Assembly (NCBI GenBank): GCA_030141605.1 | Contig: JAQGDQ010000202.1 | Location: 1-64,000, forward strand | Source of the DNA: Tubiluchus corallicola | Lineage: Eukaryota; Animalia; Priapulida | DNA length: 64,000 nt | Reading direction: 5' to 3' | Shown here: positions 34,231 to 46,980 of the stretch, one piece after another | How positions within the stretch are numbered: the stretch's first letter is position 1 | Layout of the letters: each line of letters begins with the position of its first letter | Made by a program: the position numbers and the translations under genes | Notes under the pieces: model-generated | Told to the model about the DNA's origin: nothing | The model's input: only the letters and a program-made list of their open reading frames with translations | Databases searched by the model: none

Positions 34231-37200
34231 CTAGGATGATGTTTCTACTGGTATAATTCCACTGCTAGCTTTAGCCATTGTAGTAAGGTGTTCTCTAAAC
34301 AGCGCCAAATGTTGAGCGTATAATTCAGAATCCACTGTCTGTGTGGTATAGCTCTGATCTTGTATCTAAATGAAAATAAAATATGAATTATTGCAAGAAA
34401 ATACCAATCTAATGAAATACAGCTGCCCAACTTGACACATATCATTCCTCCTAAACCAAAAAGAAGAAGAAGAATGGTACGTGCTTCAGTATGAACATAT
34501 TGAGAATGTTTCCTTGATTGGCATTCTTATGCAATTTCTTGGTGTGACGATGTAGTCTAAGTTCCGTTATTGTAAATATGTGGTTCGTGACTTAAGTGTA
34601 ACCCTTAGGTAAAGAATAAAACACTTAGTCGAAAACACTGAGAAGAAACAACTGAATTAATAAAATAATACAACAATTTAATTAATATCCCAAAATACAT
34701 TACAAGACAAAAGTTAATAATAAAGATTAAGCCGGCTAAGAAGAGAAAGAACAACGTAATGTTTTTCACCAGTCCAGTCTTGGCATCATCAAGCGACTAT
34801 TCTCCTGCTCCCATTCCGCGGCATCTCCTCACCAGGGGCTTGATCGAGGACTGGTGCACCATAGAACGGTTGACTACACTAGCTCTTCATGGATCTGATT
34901 ACGTGAACGACGTCTCCAAACTTTGACGACTCCTGATGTACACGCCTCCACTAATACGACGCCAAAATGGGGTAGCATCCAAGCTCCTGCACTCGTCGCA
35001 AGGTAAGGATTACCAATTTTGTAATCACAGCATCCCGCACCAACGACAGTATCATCAACGTCAGGTAAATACGAGTAAGTATCATCAGCAGCAGATATCA
35101 TCGACAACTGGTAAGTGATGTATCATCAGCATCAGGAAAATATAATCAGCAATAGGTAAGTATCATCGCTAGAATGCAACTATCGTCTCTGTCGTAACCA
35201 GGTAGACAGATCGCTTTTCTACAAGCAAGCACCGTTACTACTAAACCATCATTTTATGACATGTGAACGTCCGCTTAACTCGCCAACTTAAAGCGGAATA
35301 CCAGGGCGAACTGAACAGCCAAAATTTCGTCTACGTGGCTTCAATCACATGATATAGTAGTAATGCATAAACAGTATCACTGAATGTACAGGTGAAATCT
35401 GATTTCAGAACAGGTTGGCTTCTGTCATTATACCGTTAAACATCTTAACTAAAGTTCTTTTATAAATGGTGGAATTATAACAGTAGGAACTAGTTACATA
35501 ACCTGGCCTAAAATAAGCCTGAGCGTCACATAGCATCCTCCGTTACAAAAGCTTGATCCATCAAATTTTTACTACTAAAATGTGATATCAAGACTTTTAA
35601 CACAATAGGTCAGGGCAATAAACTAGTTACACAAAAAATCATGATACATATTCATCACAATAATAGACCAAAATAACTAATGTCAATGACAAAAAAATAC
35701 AATACTCAATCATTGTCTTCCTCAACAAATCTTTGTGAATTTCTTCACTCATGAAATAATTACATATCAGGTAATACAGTATTTGTTTACTCTTAAGCTT
35801 ACAACGCAAGGTTCAAATCTTGGTTTCAAAATAAATCAATAAACTAAAAATAAAACACTGTTTTGTCTTAAACAAAGGAGAAACATCTTTACTATTAACC
35901 AGCCTAACAAGATTAAAATAATACAGTACAACAACACATCATGTTTTCTATTACCACTCCTAGATGGCATTGCGAATACATTAAACTAATTTCGCAACAA
36001 AATTTTATTATTTATAATTCATTTCTAATGAATTAGCTTCATATAATGTAAAAGAAAATGTTTCAAACTGGTCAGAGGTGATCTTTAATCACCTAACTTG
36101 GGCTTTAGTGGTTGGAATTACCCATTCATAGACGTGAAAGAGAATCTGCTACAATATTATCTTTTCCAGCAATATTCTCTACAGTAAAGTGGAATTCTTG
36201 CAAAATAAGCGCCCATGTACAAAGGCGGCGATTATTTCTCTTCATGCGTGGGAGTGCTAGCAAACTACGTTGGTCAGTTCGTACTATGAACTCATGACCT
36301 TCTAAGTAGTAACGTAACTTAGATACAGAATACACTACTGCCAACAACTCAATTTCCACAACACTATAATTTCGTTCACACGTAGTTAACTTTCTGCTCA
36401 CATGTGTAATTGGCACCTCACCTAACTCACTCTGTACTTGTGTCAGCACTCCACCAATACCACTAAATGAAGCATCAGTTGTTAGAACGAATTTCTGCGA
36501 AAAATCAGGTGAGTGAAGCACCGTGTCTAAGTTTAGTGCAGTGCGCAGTTCTAAAAAGCTGCGTTCACACTCTTCATTCCAGTCAACGTGTACAGGTGCA
36601 TTTTTCTCAAGCAGTGCATACAAGGGTACCGCAATAGAACTAAACATCGGAATAAACCGTCGATAAAAACCGATTAGACCGAGGAAAGCTCGTACTTGTC
36701 TTTTGGTTTGAGGACGAGGGGTTTCATGAATCTTTTGAATCTTCTCGACCTGTGGGCGTAAGCGATTCTTTCCAACAACATATCCGAGAAATTTGGTCTC
36801 AGTTTGGGCAAAGTTGCACTTCTTTGGTTTAAGTGTAAGACCAGCCCGTCGTAGCAGGGCTAATACCAACCGAATATGTTGCAGGTGGAATTGCCAAGTG
36901 TTTGATTTAATCATGATGTCATCAATGTATCCGTGGGCATATTCATCTGCAGCTTCTAACACCCTGTCTACCAAGCTTTGACAGGTTTGTGCACTATTGA
37001 CAAGACCAAAAGGCATCACAACGAATTCGAATTTTCCGAATTCTGTAACGAAAGCAGAGTAGGCTTGGGATTCTTCGGCGAGTTTTATTTGCCAGTATGC
37101 CTTTGAAAGGTCTAATGTGGTTATCCACAGAGCGCCATGCATGCCGTCCACGATGTCATCTACACGAGGCATGATATAGTGATTGAAAGCCGTTCGAGCA

Positions 37201-40200
37201 TTTAAAAGCCTATAATCTATACAGAAACGAAAACCTGATGCAGCGTCCTTTTTTGGTACCAGGACAACTGGTGAAGAAAATTCAGAATTAGATCTGCGTA
37301 TCACTTGTAATTTCTGCATCTCTTCTAATTCTTTTCTGATAACCTCTCTGCGAGCATGAGGAGTTCGGTATGGCCTCTGTCTAACTGGTGTAGGATTTGT
37401 TAGAGTAATACGATGTTGAACTAATTCAGTGCGAACGGGAAGATCAGTGAACAGCTCTGAAAATTCTGCAAGTACTGCTGCCAACTGACTAATCTGTTCA
37501 TCATTGAGATGAGAGTCATATGCTACATCATTGAGGGACTGCGTGGGTGAGGCAGAAGGCGGGAATGCATATTCAGGAAGTTTCAATGAACACTCATTTT
37601 CCTCCTGCTCATCCACCTTCACATCACCATTACCAACTGTAAAGGGGCCACGATAGCGCTTTTGCATTTTGCTTTTTCCTTCAGGCATTAAAACAAGAAC
37701 TTTTTGCCCTATTTCAAGCGAGCGTTCTGAAGTGGTTTTATCATACCACTTTTTCTGTGATATTTTAGCTTTTTGCAAAGCTTCATGGGCATCAGTAGTT
37801 GCCTCTTCTACAGTGTTAATTATGCGAGTCACGTAATCATCAATTTCCTCCCACTTAGGAGCTTCTACAGAGCCCCAACGTTCCTTTAGGGCAGCCAAAG
37901 GCCCACGCACGGGAAAACCGTAAACTAGCTGAAATGGAGCATACCCAGTGGATTCTAGGGGTACTTCCCGGAAAGCAAATAAAATAAACGGAATAGTTTC
38001 ATCCCAGGGTAAATGTTTCTCATTTTGCATGACTTTTAAAATGCAGGATTTTAATGAGCCGTTAAATCTCTCCGTTAACCCATTCCCCTGCGGGTTATAT
38101 GGGGAAGTGAAAATTCCCTTTACACCCAAGGCCTGTTCTAAATCATGGATTAACTGTGATGTGAATTGAGTACCTCTGTCGGTTAAAATCTCACGCGGGA
38201 TGCCATGTTGACATATGTATTGCAGTAAAGCTTTAACAACAGTAGTGGTTTCAATATTTGGCAGCGGGTAGCAATCGGGGTACCTCGTAGCATGATCTAT
38301 TATTACTAACGCGTACTTATTCCCCGAGGGTGTTCTCTTCATAGGCCCAATAATATCCATGGCTATAGTTCGAAATGCAATCGAAGGTATGGACAATGGC
38401 TTTAATTTTGCTTTATCGGAAAGTTTAATTCTCGCCGTTTTCTGACATGGGACACACGAGCGGCAATATTGTATCACTGAACGTTTAACTCTAGGCCAAA
38501 TACATTCTTGTAAAACACGTTGGGTAGTTTTACGGATGCCCAGGTGACCAGCCATGTGCGCATCATGTGCCAAAGATAAGACTGCCAAACGTCTAGACTT
38601 GGGTACAACCAAAAGTTCGTAGGGTTCAGCATCGCGCTTTTCACGTGTCAGGTAATATAAAACGCCATCTTTAATGAAGTAACCCTTTCTTTGGGCTCGA
38701 GCTGCTGTTTCTGTGACTGCGTGATCACGTAAATTGCGCAAACTAACATCATCGCGCTGTTCTTGCTGCAATTGTTCTTTACTAAGCTGTGACAGCTGCT
38801 GTTGCTGTGCTTTAGTATCTACGCCAGATGCAATATTTTTTTCCGCTTTTTGATCAGCGTTTAAACTACTTAGTAATTTTTTCTCACTCTTAGCTTCTGC
38901 TTGTAGCTGCTTTGCTTTTGATCGGGTTACTGCAAAAGCTTTTTTCGAATTACCAGCTTGTTTCGCGACATTTGTATTTCCACTCAAAAGTTCATCAAAG
39001 TAATATGACGTATCTGAATTTTCAGGTGTGACACATTCTAAATCAACTGACTTAGGTGGTGTACTAAAACTCTGTTTAATGCTAAATGGTGTCACAGCAG
39101 TTCGGTAATCATTACCTAGCAAAAAGGGCATAGGAAGACTATCAGACACTGCCACTCTCAATCTACCATTAACTAGCATACATTCCACCTCAACGACAGC
39201 TATACGTGTATTTTTAGCATCGCCATGCACACACCAAATTTTGGTATAATTTTCACTTTGTAGAAACTGTTCTGGACGGACATAACGTGGTTGGATCAAA
39301 CTCACGCTAGCACCAGAATCTCTTATACCATCGATACAGATACCATTAATTTTAGCTTTAAAGCTAAACTCATCAGACTCAGGCACACACTCGGGCATAG
39401 CCGCAGGTAAACTGGTAGAGTGACTGGTATTTCCTGTCTTGGCCAAGAATTGACGACTAGGATTTCTACTCTTGCCACTAGTTTCACCATAATTAGGGCG
39501 TTTCGGGCACTGGATCCTTTTGTGTCCAAGTTCTCCACAAGTATAACAGCGTATCTTCTTCATGACGTCATTATTCATCTTTTTTCCAGAACCATTTGAA
39601 AAAACTGCCGGCCTAGAATTTCCACGCTGTTGTTGCATTTGTTTAAGTTTTGAAGCAGTACCTAATGCATTAGAAGCAATGTACAAATCAGCTTTCTCTG
39701 CCACCTTTTCCATTGTCTTCTGCCCTTGCTGCCTGACCCAAATGCTCATTTCACGGGGCATCAATGTAAGGGCCTGCTCAATACATAGCAGTTCACAAAC
39801 GTTCTCAAAGGTGGACGCTTCTTCGGCTTTCAGCCATTCTTGCAGGGCACGATCAAGCCGTACAAAAAGCTGACGGAATGTTTCATCCGGTCTCCGAGTA
39901 ATCTTGCGGAAACGTTCAAGATACATGTCATTGGAGAGGACATAGGCAGCTAACAAAGTCTTCTTTACAACATTGTAATCTTGCATGCTGTCAAGTGGTA
40001 CTTGTTGAAAAGCCTGGGCTGCTTTTCCAGATAAAGCTGGGCCCAGCGATGCAGCAAAGTGTTTCTCTTCAAGGCCATTAGCTTTGGCTACTGCTTCAAA
40101 CCACTGTAAGAAAGTATGCAGATCATCGGTTCCCTCTGTAAATACACGTGATAACTTTACACGGGGTATTCGAGATGCGGTTGTAGTAAGTATGCCATCA

Positions 40201-43200
40201 GGTGATTGAGGAGGAACCTGTGTCACGTGACTTGGAGATGTGGCATCCAGCTCACGAAGCTTCAACTCAAACTGATACTGCTCTTTCTGCATTCGTTCTC
40301 TGCGTTCCTCACGCTCACGTTGCCATTCTCTCTCTTCACGTTGCATACGTTCACGCCTTTCTTCACGTTCCCGTTCCCATTCACGCTCTTTCTCACGCTC
40401 TACTAACTTTAACTTTTCAATGTTGTAAAGGGATACTGAACGTTCTGTCATCTCATCATTCGCAGGCTTACCATTAATACCAGAATGCAAGGTAAGGTCG
40501 GCAGGAGGGGGAGTTGCTAACAGTTGATCAGACACACGTCTGCGTCCACTCATCTGCGCAACAGACACACTCGGTGTGCTTGACACACCTCCAACTTCTT
40601 TCGGTCTAACACTAGGTTCCCCTGTCGTCACAGGGTTACCCTGTGCATTTATGATTATATCAATTATTCCGGCCTTATTTGTACCCTGTTGTAAAGTTAG
40701 CCTACGTTCAACCGTTATCTGCTTTAAGACAGGTACAGTTAGTTGCTGCAATTCACTCTCCACGTAAACGCGTGACATTCTAATCACAGGATAATATAGG
40801 ACAAATAGTAGTTACAGTGAAAAAACTTTATGCTTGCAGAATATTTATAGATCTATCATTCAACTGACCCACACTGGCTCAGCGCATACAGACATACAAA
40901 AATACTGTATATTAGGGGTAATGTAAGTGCAAATCAAACAAAGTAGCAAACTAGGAATATACAAAATCTAGGCCAAGACTTTTGACTAGCCTGCAACGAA
41001 ATAACGGTTTCACTAGCACTTGAAACGTTTACAGTGTAATCAAGGACAAATCGGCATTCAAGTCGGCATACACCTGGAATTATAGCGTTTACGAAATCTG
41101 CAGGAAACCTATTTAAATAATAGACAAAACACATTCAACTGAGTAATCAATAAAGTCACTCAACGGAAGATGCTATGTTCTTTCGATATGCTTTTGCCCA
41201 AAGATTCCCCCAGAAAATTAGCTATGTAACTAATTACCTGAAAGTAAATATCATTAAATTCTCAAAATGCTGACAAAGAATTTTATTCCTACCGAGTTAC
41301 ACCAAATAAAGTCAAATATCCCACTTCTGACACCATAATGTGACGATGTAGTCTAAGTTCCGTTATTGTAAATATGTGGTTCGTGACTTAAGTGTAACCC
41401 TTAGGTAAAGAATAAAACACTTAGTCGAAAACACTGAGAAGAAACAACTGAATTAATAAAATAATACAACAATTTAATTAATATCCCAAAATACATTACA
41501 AGACAAATGTTAATAATAAAGATTAAGCCGGCTAAGAAGAGAAAGAACAACGTAATGTTTTTCACCAGTCCAGTCTTGGCATCATCAAGCGACTATTCTC
41601 CTGCTCCCATTCCGCGGCATCTCCTCACCAGGGGCTTGATCGAGGAATGGTGCACCATAGAACGGTTGACTACACTAGCTCTTCATGGATCTGATTACGT
41701 GAACGACGTCTCCAAACTTTGACGACTCCTGATGTACACGCCTCCACTAATACGACGCCAAAATGGGGTAGCATCCAAGCTCCTGCACTCGTCGCAAGGT
41801 AAGGATTACCAATTTTGTAATCACAGCATCCCGCACCAACGACAGTATCATCAACGTCAGGTAAATACGAGTAAGTATCATCAGCAGCAGATATCATCGA
41901 CAACTGGTAAGTGATGTATCATCAGCGTCAGGAAAATATAATCAGAAATAGGTAAGTATCATCGCTAGAATGCAACTATCGTCTCTGTCGTAACCAGGTA
42001 GACAGATCGCTTTTCTACAAGCAAGCACTATTACTACTAACCCATCATTTTATGACATGTGAACGTCCGCTTAACTCGCCAACTTAAAGCGGAATACCAG
42101 GGCGAACTGAACAGCCAAAATTTCGTCTACGTGGCTTCAATCACATGATATAGTAGTAATGCATAAACAGTATCACTGAATGTACAGGTGAAATCTGATT
42201 TCAGAACAGGTTGGCTTCTGTCATTATACCGTTAAACATCTTAACTAAAGTTCTTTTATAAATGGTGGAATTATAACAGTAGGAACTAGTTACATAACCT
42301 GGCCTAAAATAAGCCTGAGCATCACACTTGGCTATCATTAAACTGAAGTATCCAATGCTACACTAAACTAACTCCATATCTCCTTCAATAAGTAATCTAC
42401 TTAATAACAAAGTGATATATATTTAGCAGTTCAAATGTTCTTTAAATTTTTGCACATTTTGTGGAAACCTGAACCATGCAACATGGGTCAGATGATTTGA
42501 CAAGCAGCAATTCCGGTTCATCTGTACTCAAAAACCTCCAAGACAGTGCAGCTCTGTACGGTGTACATTATTGTACACTGAACCACATTCAAATATAAAA
42601 TTTAGCGTATGTCTCTTGAGTCAAAATAACAATTTCATAGAGTTTTCCATTTCTAAAAATATAGACAGGCCATTCCTCATACACCTCAATACAGAATAAC
42701 TGTGTACACCATAGGAGATTAGCTAGCTCAAAAGGTTATGCTGAATAAGTAATTAGTGCTTGTAATTACAAAATTAATTTCTAAATTATTATGATTATAA
42801 TAATGTACTCAATCAGCGGTCAATTTCTCACATCAGTGGACAGCCTCACATCTAAACTACAACTTCAGATGACAAAATAAGCACTTAAAGCATATCATAC
42901 CTTATCGCTAAGATTGCAAAGCCTGCGCCGGATTTCTATGTCTGAGCGGGCACACAAAGCTTTCCTATTGGGTCCTATATCACTTATAGCTACATCTCGT
43001 TGTTTTTTCTGCAGCTCTGCTTTCACATGAAATAATGCAACGTCACTGTGGAGTTCAAACTTGGCATCAGGATTGCCTGAAATCAAAAAAAATGTAATGA
43101 AGTAGAATTATTTCAGCAACTTTCTTTGTGGCATCAGAATGCACTTTACAATTATTCCAAATCAATTTAGGAAAAACTGCCTAGGAATTTCCTGGGAAAT

Positions 43201-46200
43201 TAGGCTTAATTACAATGTCCGCAAAAATGTCAGAAAGAGACAGCAGTAAAACTGCAAAAGTGCCTCGTGTAATTAGCAAAATCATCTTAAATGGCGATCA
43301 TTTCGCCATTTTTGCTTGTGCACATTTCGACTGAAAAATGATGTAATTGACGAAGTAAAGAATAGGTAAGTTGCAAGTTTCAAAGTTTAAGTGATGCATG
43401 CTTACAAAAAGCCATGAAGGTAGTCAGTTATGTCGTAATTTTCAAGTGAGTGGCAGCTCTCACCATGCTGAGGAACTTTTATACAGTGATAGTATAAATC
43501 AACTTTAAGCTTTGTAGAGTTTTTCGCAATTTTTTTGTTGTATCTTTCTAAGTTGTAGTCACATCAGTAAAATAAGTCCAAGATGTTGCGCAAATTGTAT
43601 TTTCTTTTAAAAAATGAATAACTGCAAAAACATTAAATAGCATGTACATACCATTTTCTTGTAGTTCCTTCACACAAGCTGCTTTTAACTTGTCTACAAG
43701 TTCCTCACCAGCAAACTGTTTTGAGATACCAACTCTTGAAATAATATTTGCCAAAGTAAATCGCTTTCTGGCTGACACAGAAACACTGAGATTTGGTCTA
43801 GGATCCTGTGCCAGACTCGCCCAATCAACATCTAAAAGATCTGTGGCTAAAAATCAAATAATAAACTTGTAGAATTGGAAAACCAGAGCTAGATTAAGTT
43901 AGCATGGAAAATATGAACTTCCACTGCACAGATACATTTCATAAAGCAGAAATGAAACATGTAAAGCTGAAACATGTTGTGTCTATAAACCAAGTGCAAA
44001 GATCTAACCTATTTATTTTCAAAACTTGGCAGAATAAATGCCAAACAAAAGAGTTGTTTGGTTTAATCATTTGATCATCAAGCCTGTATAATTTTAATTA
44101 CCTTTCGGTTGTGGAACAAAATTTTCTACCTCTTCTTCTTTTTTCTGCTCATCATCTTCCCTAAATATATTTTCCAATTCATCGTCACTAATTGGTTCCA
44201 TTTCTGACTCAATCACAGCTGTGGCTTCAGTTTTGTCATCAAGTGGTTCTTCTACGTGACCTTTAAAATTTACAAAAAGTGCCAGATATACTGATACAGG
44301 AGGATTCATTCACCTAAAGAAAATGTTACAGGAGAAGGGATCAATTCGTGTAAAACAGAATGTTGTAGGTAAAAAGAAAATAACTCAATGTAGAAGACAA
44401 AGTTGTAGCGAAAATAAATCAAATTATGCAAAAGAAATTAACTTCTGTAGTACAAAATGATGCACGAATTTTAATTTCAGCTTTGTTGTCAAAGCTAAAA
44501 ATGCTTAAGACTTTTTAAGAAAAGAAAGCCTGTTTACGTATAGGACACATATATCAACCATTCCCGTAACAGCATTGTTTCCAAATAATTAACAGCTTTT
44601 AGAAGGAACACATTAACAATGTTTCGATAATGTTGATGGCATGTTAGTAGTAGTTAAAATATAAAATACAACACAGCATTTCAAAATAAAGGAAAACTAA
44701 AAACTGACTAAAGTACTAAAATAGACAAATTATAAAATACTTTGTAAAATTAGACATAGGTTAAAAGCAAAAGACAGATAAAAGTACTAAATTGGACAGG
44801 TTCAAGTTCTTTGCAAAATTAATCCTAATAAAAACAAAAATTAAACAAAATTTGGCACAAGTACTGAATCAGACAAATTATAAAACAGTTTGTAAAATTA
44901 GACACAAAGTGAAGGTGAGTTTGTAAAATTTTCAGTCAATAAATCTGTGTTTAAGTGTTAAAATTTAACTAAGAAAAATTGTTTGCGACACATAATATAC
45001 AGAAAAATACAATTACATGTATAATTACATTAAAATAAGAGCTACTTAAAGCAGTAGAAGATCGCTAACATTAATGTCGAGAATAGAAAATCTAATTTAA
45101 AAGTTTTTGGTGAAGAGTAAATTTTATTCGCCTTAAAAATGATTTAAATCTTATATTTTCATCTATTCTGTTATAAAGCACAGCCCCACTGCATTGTAGC
45201 ATTGATTTGCCATAATCAGTTTGCTGTACTGTATGTAGCACTATGCACGGTTAGTTCAAAAAATTGCCTTTTTTAAAAAACAATCATTACCTTTGATTTC
45301 ATCTGGCTCTGCACTTTCAGTAGAAAGCACAGAAGCAATTTGTTCACCTTCTCCAACTCGAGGAGACAAATGACTGGCTACCTCTCTTTCTGCTTCTGCT
45401 ACTGCTAAATTTACTCCCTCTGATAACTTGTCTATATCGTCTGCGAAGTTTTCTTCACTAACGTCACTGAAAGCTTCTCCAATAAGGTCTTCACCAGGTG
45501 GAAGTTTTATATCAGCGTCAAGTAAATCATCATCTGGCAATGCAAGATCTGAACATTCATGCTCTAGTGGTATATCTTTGTGTTCTTCTGTCGGCTCATC
45601 AGTACTCACTCTTGGACTGTCATCATGCTTTCTGCGATAATCTCTTTCTCTGCTGCTCTGCTTGTTTCTACTATCATCTCCACTTATTTTTTCCTGAAAG
45701 CAAGACATAACAAGTAAAGATTTTCTTTTCAATTTTTGTATTTTATATGTAAAAGTAGTGGCACGACATCGGTTGCATTTTCATAATAAATTAATTGGCT
45801 ATGAAACCAATTTCATAATCATTTATAATTGCTTTTTAGGTCGTTTTCAGCTATTTCACGAGAAAGCAGGTGCACATGAAAACTACATGTTCATGTTTAT
45901 GAGAAACATCTACATTCAAACTTCTACAACTACAGCCTGTTCAGTAAGTTATTGCACAAAGGTAGCACGATACTACTTTCCTGAAAAATACAGCGCAAAT
46001 GGTATTGGCAACAGAACCAATTTGCATCACCAGCTGAAAGAATAATCGATAACTGGAATTAAAACTCGAAATTGATTAATCAGTAATAAGTAAAACAAAC
46101 GACTTATTTTCACAAGGAATTATCTAATAACGATACTAGTTTTGATTATCAATAAACAAGAAACATTGAGATGAACAGTATCAATACAGCCATTCTTACT

Positions 46201-46916
46201 CTGTGCTTGGAATCTTCACTTCCCTCGTTTCTTGGGGAAGCATCATCGTGTCTCCTGCTGCTATAATCTTCTTTTCTCCTATCAGTCTCTGTCTCTCTCT
46301 TTCTTTCACCAACTTGTTCCCTTGTACTACCTTCTCTCTGCCAATGTTCTTCTTCATTCCAAGCATCTTCCCTGTATCGTTTCCCGGGAGGAGCACCATA
46401 CGGACTTTTATCATCGTCTCTTGGTCGTTTGCGGTTATCTCTGAAATTAAAGAATTATTTTGTCTTAGTTAAAATCAGGCAACTTTCAATATGCATAACA
46501 TGTGCTCACATCAAGGAAACGTGTAATTAAACTAAGCTTTTCATGTTTTGTTCAACAAATTTTTGTTCTTGTCACAGTAACTTGCTAGTTATTTTGTAAA
46601 GTTTCACTAAAAACTAAAATGACAGGTGCTATTTATCAAGTTGGCAATATTTGCATTCTGCTCTATCACTGTAAAAATGCTGCCATCTTGATTTAATACT
46701 AAATAGGGAATTAACAACGCAACATTTTGAATTTCAGGTTAATTTTTCAAATTTTAAGTCCATGAATGATAAATTTGTTAGATTCAGAAACAAGCAATTG
46801 TCAAATTTATGCTAACTGAGCTCTGCTCAGGAAAGCTTGCACACTTTTCACTACCTAGCTGCTTTTTCTCTGGCTTGCCATTGCCACTAAATTCTGAAAA
46901 GAAAATCACGCACGCA

Positions 46917-46980
<64 letters not shown>

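Larger units (their letters stand above)
34543..42326 (-). mobile_element. full-length Gmr1-like Ty3/Gypsy LTR retrotransposon (7784 bp)
   Basis: Two 988-bp LTRs with TGT...ACA ends, a 5-bp TSD CTTGG (34538-34542 and 42327-42331), a PBS, and a single gag-pol ORF. Confidence 0.98.

Noticed and set aside
34874-35107. 77-aa ORF identical in both LTRs as a conserved gene or env
   Set aside because: The identity follows from LTR duplication; there is no env-sized ORF between pol and the 3' LTR (about 600 bp).
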